The notes under the pieces are model-generated. The model saw only the letters and a list, made by a program, of their open reading frames with translations, made no database searches and had not been told where the DNA came from. Positions 43,666 to 56,426 of a stretch of DNA of 64,000 nt are shown here, in pieces. How positions within the stretch are numbered: position 1 is the first letter of the stretch; each line of letters begins with the position of its first letter. This DNA comes from the human T2T-CHM13v2.0 reference genome, Homo sapiens. The stretch is from the NCBI RefSeq assembly GCF_009914755.1, contig NC_060925.1. One strand, written 5' to 3'. A program made the translations under genes and the position numbers.

Positions 43666-44303
43666 ATAAAGAGTTTCAGCTCTCACTGCTCCAGGTAGGG
43701 TGTGATGGACAGTTTGGTCCCCGATCTGACCAGCCAAGGGGGGAGCCAAATTTGCCTGGGGTTCCAGCAGGTGTGTCAGATGTAACAATGAATGCTATGA
43801 GAGAGAAGAATACAGGGGCCTCTTCTTTATGGGTGAAGAGTGGTCATCACTGTTAAGGAAGGTGGCCAGACATTAGTGGGTTAAGCCACCAAAAAGTAAA
43901 TAGCCCCAAATTCCTTTCAAACTGTATTGCTCAATGTCAAACACACTGTAACAGTTCAAGCAGTATTTGTGCCTGTCTTCAAAGGCCATGCAAGCTTACA
44001 TGACCTAGTTTATAATTAAGGTGTGTGGGGCTGACAGGGCAGTCTGGTGGGAACAGAGAGAAAGTCTTGTTATAAAAAGTGGTATTTGCTTTGCAGTAGA
44101 TGCTCAAACTTCATATGTCAGATTGTCTTGGGCAATGAGAGCAAGAAGTTCACCCTAGGTGGAGGCAATAAGAATGGCTTGTATGCAGAGAATTTTTAAA
44201 AAACAAGGATAAAGCCAGGCTTGGCCTGTTTTTTATTATCCCCATGAGCCTGCAGCTCCAAACAGCATCAGTCATGAAGTACCTGTACCTTCTCTCTGCG
44301 TTG

Positions 44304-44612
<309 letters not shown>

Positions 44613-45169
44613 GGGTTGATCTTTTGACCCTTGGTGCTAAGCTGATCCTGGAGACCCCCCACCAACAGTCCCACCAGCTGAAAACACCATGAGGGCAGGG
44701 TTCATTTCTGCATTTCCCTTAGGCCCTAGCACAGCTCCTGCCACATGGCAAGTGCTCAGGCAATGCTTATTGTTTTAAGCATCATTAAGATTTCATACTT
44801 AGGTAAACCATAAAATCAGATATTGTAGAGGACAAGAGCTGAGGCATGAAGGAGGGTGCACTGGGGAGAGCAACCAAAGACATGGGTGGGCCTGGGTCAG
44901 GCCCTGACTCCACTGCCGGCTTGACTTGGACACCGTGGTTTCTGCACCTGTGATCCCATGGGATTGACAGCAGAGATAAATGGACCTGAATATTAGTGTA
45001 TGGCTGGACACAGAAGAAGTGCCCAATACTCATAACCTCTGAGGTCTAGACACCAAATAGCAGGGTGAGGAGATAAAAGAAATACATATGATTTTAACCT
45101 GGGGGAGGAAAGACAGCAGTGTTCTAGAAAGCAAACCTGGGCTCTGGGTCTCATCTAGACTGGCATCTA

Positions 45170-45470
<301 letters not shown>

Positions 45471-47060
45471 TTAATTAATCAGCTAATTAATTGCAGCTTT
45501 GCCACATACTGCTTGTGTAACCCAAGGGAAACAGAAAATGACACGTCCTTTGCAGGGGTACCGTGAGGATTAAACGACACAGGTTAATTCACTTACTATT
45601 CATTCAGTAACTATTTATTGGATGTCTAATACATGCTTAGTATGGTCTCTGGTCATGCAACGAATGTTAATTCCCCTGTCTCTTTGAAGGAAGGACTAAT
45701 GGCTGGACACTAATATTAAAAGAGTCAGTGGTATTCAATAGAAGGGCTTGGGAGAGTAGTGCTCTTGTCATGAAATAGCACTTCAGTCTGGAAATCCTCT
45801 AAGTGATTTCTGCACCTGAGGGTAAAAGAAGAAAAAAAGTCAGAAATTACATGGTTCAATATTTACTGAGCCTCAAACATGTGTCATGATTGGAGAGGAC
45901 CACTTAAGACATTGTGCTTGACCTTAGGAGCTCAGAACCTAGGGGAGGAGTCTAACATCCACACAGATCACGGTGGCAGCATATGTCAGTGTGGTGGCCC
46001 AGTGGTCTAGTGTGGCAGGGAGGCAGTCACTGATGTCCAGGGCACCCGAGGATGTTTCCTGCAAGAGTAACCCAGGAGCTGACTGTCTCAGGGTGACTGG
46101 CAGTGGCCCGGTGGGGAAAGGAGGGATGGCACAGGCAGAAGTGAAGCACAGGTGGAGATGCGCTGGAGGAAGGCATGGCTTGTTTGGAGACTCCCGATGG
46201 TCCCCTGGGATACAGGTCACCACACTGGATATGGGACACCAAGGGTGCTTTCCTAGCAGCAACCTGGGGCAGAGGAGAGGGAGGATGTTGTACTGGACCA
46301 TGCACGTGGACCATGCACTGGGCATAAGGGCATGACAGAGGCTGGGGCAGTCACCAAAGGTTGACTCTGAAGGTACAGTCCACAGGTTGGGGCAGTGGCC
46401 GGGAGCCCTAACCTCAGTCGGTATTAACTAAAAGGCCACCAGGCAAGTGGGGATTGAGGTGACAGTTGACATAAAGGATAGGGGAGCAGTCATTGCTCTG
46501 GAGGACTTGTCCATGGGGCCATGATCACCGCCATCAGACTAAGGGCCTACACGAGGCACCTGTGCCAGGGGAGAAATGGGGCCAAGGCAGGGCCTCTTGG
46601 GGACATTTAGAAGAGGGGACCAAGGCAGGACCATGTCCTATAAGCTGGGTTAACAAAGGCAGCCAGGGAAGAATTGCACCCAGATTTACCCCTGAGGACT
46701 GTGGATCTCAAAAGTGCATGGGCAAATCTTCCTTGGACTTGGGATCTCATCTCAAATGTGGCCTCTACTGAGCCTTCTGTGACCACACTGTGCACAGCAG
46801 TCCCCTCACCGCCATCCTTCACTCTCTAGCCATATCTTGTTTCCTTTCAGCACTCATTATTGCCTGGAAAGGTCTTATGTGCACGTTTGTTCACTGTCTG
46901 CCTCCCCCAACAGAATGTTAGCCTCAGGAAAGTAAAGCCCCGGCTCTTGTCCCTGCTGTGTCCAGCTCCAGGCCTTCATGGACACTTGGTGTGTGCTGAG
47001 AAACTCAGCAGCAGCAGGAAGACTCCAGCCACATGGGGCTTCAAGGCCAAGGTGGAGTCA

Positions 47061-47692
<632 letters not shown>

Positions 47693-48859
47693 TCATTCAG
47701 AAAATGGCGTGGGCCTGAGCTAGCCGGGTGACAGAGGGCTGTGGGAGTCCCACATGAGGAGCTGGCATGATGGTTGAGGTTAATGCTGACATCAGGGGTA
47801 CCCAGCAACTGAACTGGGGTGGGGACGGCAGGAGAAGTGACCGGAGAAGACACGAGGGCCTGATAAAGTGTCTCAACCCTGTGCTGATGGGTGGGGACTT
47901 TCTCCTTTGGGCAGGGGAAGCCTGTCACTTCCCTTGCTTAGTTTTTAAGCAGGGGAACTGACAGGCTTAGATCTCTATTTTAGAAAGATTAAACTGGTTG
48001 CGATGTGGTGGCTGACTGGAAGAGGGGGTGGGCAGGAAGCAGGGAGGCCAGATAGAAGGTGGGTCCAGATATGAGATGATGCTGGTTCTAGCTGAGGGAG
48101 TGGCCATGAGTTTGTAGAGGAGCAGGGTGGATGTGAAGACCAGAGAGAGGCTGTGGCTAATGCTTTCCTGAGGGTAACAGTAGTGCAGGTGTAAGACTGC
48201 GTACTCAGGGAGGACTTTGGTTATTTGGATGCTTGTAGGAGGGCGCATTCTGCTAAAAGGAGACTACAGTTTTTGCTAAATCCTTGACATACCCAGCTCA
48301 CAGAAGTTGAAGAAAGGGCTGAGAAGGGAAGAGGGAGGGAGGGAATGAGCACTGATCATAGGGCAGGCGTGCACGACTTCACTGACTCCTCACATTTCTT
48401 CCATCCTACAGCAGAGGACTGAGGCTCTGCTTCTTTGCCTGAAGTCACACAGCTGGAGTGCAGCACGCCAGAAGTCACCCCTGCACCTGGACTCCACTCC
48501 TAACAGCTCGTTGGGATGTGGTTGGCGTATCCCTCAATTGAGACCTCAGGGGGCGGAGCACGTGCTCAAGCAGCTTGTGCTCTGGACTGAGGAGAGCAGG
48601 TTTCAAAATGCCCATGGACAGGCAGGCTGCCGGAGTGACGGGGACACTGTTCCTGCGCTCTGGTGCTGGGTTGACTCACATGGGGGGCCAAGCTGCCTCC
48701 CCCTCATCTCACCTGTCCCAGTCCCCAGCTGCCTTCCCAAGTCCCAACCAGAAACCAGCTTGGAGTGAATAACAGGCTGGACCATTAGGCTTTGTGCAGA
48801 TTTTCTTCAAACAGAATGACCAAGGTGCAGCCCAAAGCAGCCAGGAATGTTGGGATGAC

Positions 48860-48865
48860 TTTATT
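48860..48865 (-). terminator. CHIT1: CHIT1 distal polyA signal AATAAA
   Basis: tttatt about 790 nt after the stop codon. Confidence 0.7.
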
Positions 48866-49454
48866 TAACCAGGACACCGTGTGCATGCTCTCTGGCCCAT
48901 TTCAGGCCTTGGTTCTGGACTCAGAATTGGTTAGAATCAGTCTTCAGTTTAAATGCCTATAAAGTGAGAATAATCATTGTTCCTTCTTCATCTGGTGAAC
49001 GGGGGCAGTAGGTGAGATAGGGCCTGCAAAGGGCCCAAACAGGATTTATCTCGAAGACCCCTGAGTACCAGGGGTCTGAATTCTTAGTGTAATGCTGAGT
49101 GGCTGCTCGCAGAGCGCTTAAATCAGGGAAAAGTTCTTCTCTGCTGCCATCTAGTGGCATTTTGGGAATAACACGTGCGTGAAGGTCCGCAGAAGCTCCT
49201 GTTTCCAGGCTTCTGAGCCAATAACCAAAGAACGTGTTGCACTTGGGGCCGCGCTCTGGCTGCCATCACCTGTGTACTGGAAACTGCCCACTGGCATATG
49301 GACTCATGGGGCAAGACCTGCCACAGGGCCTGGCACATCCTGCACGGACCACCTTCCCACCTGGCTCTGACCTGCGGATGTTTTGGAGTCAACAGTGTGC
49401 TTAGAGAGCCTCTTAAGTCACCACATCTTTGGGAAGAGGGGCACAAACCAAAGA

Positions 49455-49460
49455 TTTATT
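49455..49460 (-). terminator. CHIT1: CHIT1 proximal polyA signal AATAAA
   Basis: tttatt about 195 nt after the stop codon, followed on the minus strand by a GU/U-rich tract. Confidence 0.8.
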
Positions 49461-49654
49461 TTGCAAGTGAAAGGGGCAGCCCAGGAGACCCAGAAAAAAG
49501 GAAGGCAAGGCTGAGAGCAGAAAGCCTGGATAAAGGAAGACCACAGAAAGGCCTGCAGGAGCCAGATTGCGGCCCCCAGGGAAAACCCAGGAGGCAGGCT
49601 GTAGAGTGATCCTGGGCCCAGCCTCAAAGCTGGGACTGGAGGGGCTTTAGCGAC

Positions 49655-49899
49655 TCAATTCCAGGTGCAGCATTTGCAGGAGTTGCTGAACACCAGGCCT
49701 GTCGGGCAGCTTTGCTGGAACAGCCGCCCCCCTGCACAGCTGTAGAAGCTGGACCGTTCCCGAGGATTGGGATAGAGCCCATCAGCTTTGCCCTGGCAGA
49801 ACGTGTCTTGTCCAGGGCTGGGGCCATGCTCAGGTTCAGAGGGCTGACCTGGTTTTGGAACTTCAAGCTCTGGGGTGCCTGAAGGCAAGTATGGAAGAC
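49655..49899 (-). CDS. CHIT1: CHIT1 last exon: hinge plus CBM14 chitin-binding domain
   Basis: LPYLPSGTPELEVPKPG...FCQGKADGLYPNPRERSSFYSCAGGRLFQQSCPTGLVFSNSCKCCTWN-TGA; six cysteines; CDS totals 1401 nt. Confidence 0.96.
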
Positions 49900-50067
49900 C
49901 TGGGAAGACAGTGAAGATTCAACCAAGGCTCCCCCGAAGAGATCCCAAACCCACAGGCAGAGCACACAGGCAGCAACCATTGGCTGGCAGCAGCCCAGCA
50001 CCACATGCCCTACAGGCTGAGTACAGCCAGATACCCCAGGCAGAGAACAGCCAGACAACAGCCATAC

Positions 50068-50138
50068 CTACAGCTGAAGCACAGTGCCACAGGCAACACC
50101 TGGCCTCACATGTGACAGGCAGTTAAGGCTTTACCCAT
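50068..50138 (-). CDS. CHIT1: CHIT1 alternative 71-nt exon 11 (adds N-G-stop, giving a truncated isoform lacking the chitin-binding domain)
   Basis: ttgcag|AT GGG TAA ... TAG|GTATG; agrees with the known 387-aa isoform. Confidence 0.75.
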
Positions 50139-50504
50139 CTGCAAGCACAACCATATACTGCTGAGGGCAGGTGGGGGTGCCACGCTGCAGGCTAAGGGGA
50201 GGCTTTCTCCCAGGTAAGAGAGGAACAAGGTGCTGCTCCCAGTCTGGGGGCCCTCTGGAGGGAAGCCACGGTTACAACAACCCTGGGCAGGCATTGCTAC
50301 AACCAGGAAGAGAAAGACCGCAAAAAGGAAAATTGTTTTGACAGTTTCCTTAGCTCCTGCGGGTACATGAAGCTTGGGAAATTACAGTATTGGGGCAAAG
50401 TCATTTCCTCAGAAGGACCCGGGACCTACAGTTCATTGGATGCATGGAGCTGTGTTTGTACCCCACCTCCAAATTCCACCACTGGCCCTGGGCCCCTTAC
50501 TTAC

Positions 50505-50631
50505 TCAGTTCCTGCCGTAGCGTCTGGATGAGGGGGTATCGGCCCTGGTTGCAGGAGAAGCCGGCAAAGTCATCTAAGTCCAGTGCCCAGACCATGGCCC
50601 CGCCCAGTCCCTTCTGCTTCAGATAGCTGAC
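50505..50631 (-). CDS. CHIT1: CHIT1 exon 10
   Basis: [42 protein letters not shown]; AG/GT flanks. Confidence 0.96.
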
Positions 50632-51981
50632 CTGTGCAGGGAGGGGATGCAGTGGAGGAGCCCGGGGAAGCCTGACCCGGCCACCCCAGAGCCTGGCTAC
50701 CTCTTCTGGACAGGGCCCTTTTTGCTCCAGCAGCCTCAGGCCTGTGAGTGGCTGTAGATTCTGGAGACAGCCTTGGGCTGGGAGCCTGGATGCTGAGTCC
50801 TCATGCTGCTTGGACATCAGTCATTTTGCAGTCTCCTTGTCTTAACGTAAGCATGACCTGGGGTGGGGTGGGTGCAGTCGGGAGGAATAGTGTCAGTTGT
50901 GTGCACCTCCCTAAGTGGGAACCCTTCACCGCTTGGTCATGTGTGGGCTGAGCTGCTTTATTTAAGGGTATTGTATGCTGGTCAAGGTCAAGGTCAAGGT
51001 AAGTCCAGTTACCATAGGGAACAACTCAGATTTCCAAAAGATCTCAATCAAGGCTTGCTTCTCTGTCTTCATGTCTTTGTCTTCCCTGAGAGCCATCTTC
51101 CCTCCACCAGATTCCTGAGGCTTCCTGAGGGTATGACTGTGTGTTCCCTCAGAGTGGGATTCTCTGTCCTCTAACCCTGCCAGGGGGCCATGGTGCTTGA
51201 TCCCTTGCTGGCCCCAGCCTCCCTTTCAGCTAGCTCCCTTCCTCTACCTGCCCTGCTTGGGGGTCCAGCTATGTGGGCCTACACTTTGTTTTCAGAGTCC
51301 AGCCTTTACTTTCTCTGCACCCGCGTCTTTGCTTGTGCAGTTGCCCGCTCCCTCACCCCTAAGAATGGCCACCTTCTATGCTTTAGGACTTATCTGAAAT
51401 ACCCTTCCACCGTGACCCCTTCTCCCATCTCCCCAGCCAGGATCGTGCCCCCCTGCAATTGTCCACCTCTAGAAGCTGCCGCTGTCAGCCACACATGATA
51501 GTTGATGTGGGATGTACAGATAAACTAGTGAAGCATCCGTCTTCAGGAGCTAACAGTTTCACAGGGGAAAATGGCATGAAACCAGGTAAATGCACCAATA
51601 TTGGGCAGGAGAAGGGGGTCCTATAAGTAAAGCAAAAGGTCTGTAATTTGGACATGCACCAGATATTGCCAATGGGCTGAAGAAAGCTATATGTCTCACC
51701 ATGTGTATTTCTCCTCTTCATATGTCTGTAGAATTTGTATGGTATTTAATAAAATAGAAATACTTTCCAGAGTGCTACTAAATGTAGAGCAATTTTTTGT
51801 CATTTTGTCTTTTCTGAGTCAATAGGTAGTAAAGGTACAAAATACTATCACGTGGAGATTTATGAAATGTTGGGACATTTAAAGGAGACTCACCCTTGAG
51901 GTCCTGAACTGTCCTCATTCCATGTCATTGACAGGACTTGTTCACTAGGACCACCCCTCTGCCAGCAGAGCTGGGCCTCAC

Positions 51982-52095
51982 CTTGGTTTTGAAGCTCTCC
52001 ACATCATCAAAGCCCACCCACTGGTTGTCCCGGAAGATGTAGGGCACCTTCTGATCCTGGATTCTCTGTTTGGTGGCCCCCTTCCAGGAGCAGAC
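51982..52095 (-). CDS. CHIT1: CHIT1 exon 9
   Basis: VCSWKGATKQRIQDQKVPYIFRDNQWVGFDDVESFKTK; AG/GT flanks. Confidence 0.95.
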
Positions 52096-52429
52096 CTGTG
52101 GGAGCAGAAGGCAGCACTGGGGAGGAGGAGGGAGGCTCTTGCAGGCACCTTCCCTTCCTCACCAGGAGGAGACTAGAGATTGGAAAATTCCTGTCTGAGG
52201 AAGCCTGGAGAATCAGGAGGTTCTTTGCAGTGACCTAGAATTCTGGACTCAGCTTGAGGCACCTGGGCTTAAGGATAAATTCAAGATGGCATGGATGAGA
52301 TGGAATTTACATGGCCAGAATTCTCTGCACTTGGCATCCTTACTCAGAAACGGTGGGAGAAGGAAACCTCTGTTCTCTCAGGCACCCCCTGACCCTCACA
52401 ATACCCAGGGTGGTTATGGGTTTTCCTAC

Positions 52430-52615
52430 TTCATAGTAGGCCAGCATCCCTCCTTCCTTGGTGAAGGGGCCTGGAGTGCCAGACCCTGTGGCTGGGGCCC
52501 CCACTCTGGTGTCTGATGAGGAGGCCAGTGTGAAGGAGCGTCCGTAGGTAGGCATGCCAAGGATCAGCTTGCTGGCAGGGGTCCCCTTCTGCAGCCACTG
52601 TTGCACAGCAGCATC
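52430..52615 (-). CDS. CHIT1: CHIT1 exon 8
   Basis: [33 protein letters not shown]...EGGMLAYYE; AG/GT flanks. Confidence 0.95.
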
Positions 52616-54116
52616 CTGGTGGAAGAGGGCAGGGTTAATTTTCTCAGCCCTCAGCCTGGTTCTGATTATCTAAGTCTGGGGGATCCAGAGGCAGAGCTAG
52701 GAGGGCAGGGGCTCCTCAGCTGGAGCTCTACGGGCCTTTGTTAGGATTCCAGCCCTACCCCATCTTCTTTAGAGCCTGCCTTAGACCCGTGACCCCAGTG
52801 AAGAAGCTGCATGGCATGATAACCAGAGAGCGTGGGCTTCGGACGCAGACAACCATTCACTGAACAAATGTGTACTGATGGCCCACTGTGTGCCAGGCGC
52901 TGTCCATGGTGCTTCAGACACATCAGTGAACAAGGCAGACACAGATCCCTGCCTTACCCAGCAGCTTATTTAACCTCACTGAACCTTGGTGTTCTGTCTG
53001 TAACATGGAAATAAGGAAAATATCCATCTCTTAGGGCATTGTGAGAATTAAAGGTTATAATGCATGTAAAAGGTCAGCACAACGCAATAAAGGGTCGCTG
53101 TGGTCATCATCGTTATCATGATTGTCGTCTTAGTTTTACCCTGAGTACAAAAGCAGGGAATTGGGTCTGCTTTATTTATCTCTGTATCCCCAGTGTCTAG
53201 AATGACACCTGATGCTCAGATAGAACAAAGGCTTCCTTACCCACCTTTGAATAAGGCCTTCCCCTGATTATATATTACTTGGTGTAACACCCCCAGGCCT
53301 GTGACGGGAGAAGGTACCCGGTACAAGTATGATAAATTAATGAATAATGAAGCCTCATTCCTTAAGCCAAGAGTATGGTTCACTTTCCCCCAGAAGCTGC
53401 CCTAGTTTTGTCAGGTCTAGTTACTCTGAGCCCACTTAGCACTTAGGTAAAGAACAGCTTTCACTACATTTATTTAAATATATTTCTTTTTGTCCATCTA
53501 TACAACTTATCTTTGATCAGATGGGTGCTTTCTGAAGGCAGAAGTGGGGGCTTCTCCTGATCTGTTATAGCACTTTTGTGCAAGTTGGGAAAAGTCACCC
53601 ATCTGGTTAGAACCTGTCCCCGGGCACACTGTGTGGTGAGTAGAAGGCCTCTTTGTAGGAATAAGATGGCCTCCATTCCTCGGTGGATTCAAGGTACACA
53701 ATGTGGAAAGCAGGGTGCTGGAGGGACTCCCACCCCACTCACCTCTCAGCTAAATTTCTTTCTGTGTCTCCCCACCAGCACAGGGATACAGCTTCCTCCA
53801 AAACTCACACAGTCTTCCAGACAGGGATGGAGAGGCCAGGCTCAGTGTGAAATGTGGGTGCCTGGCTCACTGGCTCAGAGAGGTGCTCTTTATTCATGAA
53901 AGAGCCAGAAAATCAAAGATGTCCCACTCCAGCTGACATACAGAGATGTGGGCTCTCCAAAAGTAAAAAGCATTTTAATTTAGGGCTTTTTCTTTGTTGT
54001 TTGGTTTTGCTTGTTTTAAGAAAGAAAAATAATGTAGTTATTATAAGCCCTCTCTGCAGGGTTTTATAAACCCTCTCTATATTTTAAGATATATAGAGGG
54101 CTTATAAAAAGGATCT

Positions 54117-54420
54117 AGGCTGGGCATGTTGGCTTGTGCCTATAATTCCAACACTTTGGGAGGCTGAGCCAGGAGGATTGATTGAGGGCAGGAGTTTGAG
54201 ACCATCCTGGGCAATATAGCAAGACTCCATCTCTACAAACTTAAAAAAAATTAGCTGGTCATAGTGATCCCAGTTACTCAGGAGGCTGGGGCAGGAGGAT
54301 CGCTTAAGCCTGGGAGGATGAAGCTGCAGTGAGCTATGATCATGCCACTGCATACCCTCCTTGGTGACAGAACAAGATTCTGTCTCTTAAGAATAAATAT
54401 ATAAAATTAAAAAAAATTAA
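54117..54420 (+). mobile_element. AluJ
   Basis: Diverged Alu dimer with ggaggattgattgag and an A-rich tail. Confidence 0.88.
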
Positions 54421-54967
54421 AAGTGTCTTGATTGCTCAATGAGGAAAAGTTAGGAAACCCCAACCTACCCTAGTCTAAAAACCAAGCCTGCCCTTTGCAG
54501 GTGCTGGGAGTACTTCCACCCTGAGTGACATCTGCAGAGATGTTATCAACTTGGGAAAGCTCCTGTCCCTGAAAGGACCTTCCAGAAGGTCAACCAGTGT
54601 GACCATGGAGCACAAGTCTGCCCACTGTCTTGAAGGAAATGGGGTGGGGGTGTGTGAGGGAAGCAGCAGGCCTGCTGGCTGGAGACTCAAGCTCAAAGTG
54701 GGCTTCCCCATTGGTCACTTGTTTGTCATCAAACTGATTTGCTGCCTCTACCATCAGCCAAGATGCTCCACAGAAGTGAGGTTTCCCCTCAGCAGGGGCA
54801 CGGACCAGGAAAATAGAACAAAACAAGCAAGCAAAGAAACAAAAAAGCTTCTTGTTTCTCAGTGCCCTGTGTCTTTTTTCCCATGAGGGCCTCGGGGCTC
54901 AAAAGAAGCCACCAAACAGGGCCTGCTGGACAGGGGAGTCCTGCCTCAGCCCTCCTGCCACACGTAC

Positions 54968-55091
54968 CACGTTGAGGCTGGCTGCTGCACCACTCTCTTC
55001 TTGCCTCTTGTAGAGGGGGCTGTTATGTCCCGTGACCTTCTCCCAAGAGCCATGGAAGTCGTAGGCCATAAGGTTGACAAAATCCAGGTTC
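54968..55091 (-). CDS. CHIT1: CHIT1 exon 7
   Basis: NLDFVNLMAYDFHGSWEKVTGHNSPLYKRQEESGAAASLNV; AG/GT flanks. Confidence 0.95.
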
Positions 55092-55399
55092 CTGCAGGAG
55101 GCATGGAAGAGGAGGTGAGAAACAAGGGATTGGGGGTGGGGTAGCCCTTCTTTCTCACTCCTACCCCCTCAGTGCATGGCCTAGGGAGGAACCACTGGGG
55201 TCAGAGGCAAAGGTGGCAGGCTCACCTGGCTCTGCAGAAGGTGACCCAGACAGCAGTCCCAGCCAGCCCCCTTATGAAGGCCATTCTCATTCTCACTCAA
55301 ACTTGTCACCCTCACCCCACTGTCCCCTCAGCACCCCCAGGCCCTCCCTATTCCACTCAAGAAAACTCCTGCTACATTGCTATTCTGGAGGGAACTCTA

Positions 55400-55565
55400 G
55401 CTTAGGGTTTCTCCCACTTCAGTGTGCACACAGATCACCTGGGAATCTCACTAAAATGAAGGTTCTTCAGAAGGCCTGGGGTGGGGCCTGAGAGTCCATA
55501 ATTCTAATGAGCACCTGGTTTTAATGAGGGCTGCGAGTCCACATGCTGTACTTTGAGAAGCAAGG
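55400..55565. mobile_element. MER5-type hAT relic
   Basis: gatcacctggga..taaaatg..ctggggtggggcctgaga..ttctaa..ctttgagaagcaag. Confidence 0.6.
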
Positions 55566-55900
55566 ATCCAGAAAACCCATTTTCTTGAAGACAATGGCTT
55601 CACTACCCACTCAGAGGCATTTTCACCTTAAGAATGAGTTCCCGAGGAAGAGGACAGAGATCCAAAATGAAGGATCTGGAACAGGGCAGCAGTGGACACT
55701 GAGCAAAGCCTTTCTGGATGTGTCTTAGTTTTACCCTGAGTACAAAAGCAGGGAATTTTCTGCTTTTGTTCTGGTGTAAGGATGGGACTTTCCAAATGCC
55801 TTGTAGATGAACACCTGCTCTACCCATGGGAAAGCTCAGTCTGCCCTTGGCCTCTCTTCCCTCAGAGAGCACAGCTCCAAGCCATCTGCCTGAGACTCAC

Positions 55901-56025
55901 TGGGCGATTTTGTCCACCTCGTATCCAGCATCCACATAGGTCTGCCCAGCTGGAACCGCTGCACTCAGAAGAAGGCGTTCCTTCCCTGAGGTCTGGGCTT
56001 CCTGCTGGAAGGCATTGGCCAAGTC
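55901..56025 (-). CDS. CHIT1: CHIT1 exon 6
   Basis: [41 protein letters not shown]; AG/GT flanks. Confidence 0.95.
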
Positions 56026-56260
56026 CTGTGGGAGTGGAGCTCAGAGTCAACACAGGGGCGCGCACCAGGCAGGCAGCCCCTGTGAGCCCCAGGTAGATGT
56101 TCACTTGTAGAAGTCTGAGAGCTGGCCACAGGGCTGATCTGTGCCATGCAGATACGTGAAGCAGCTGGCTCTGGGGGCAGAGCAGCCCCCACATGTGCTG
56201 TGGGGGCTCCAGCTCTGGGTCCCTGCACAGACTGGTGATCCCCGCCCCGCCCAGCCATAC

Positions 56261-56426
56261 CTGTACCAGGGTTGTGAAGCGCTCCTTGTCTACGGCAGGG
56301 CTCCCCTGGCTTCCTGGGTACTCCCAGTCAAGGTCAAGGCCGTCAAAGCTGTATTTGCGCAGAAACCTGATGGCCGAGTTGACAAAGGTCTGACGGTTGT
56401 TGGCCGTGGCTACCATATCTGTGAAC
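56261..56426 (-). CDS. CHIT1: CHIT1 exon 5 (catalytic DxxDxDxE motif)
   Basis: [55 protein letters not shown]; AG/GT flanks. Confidence 0.96.
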
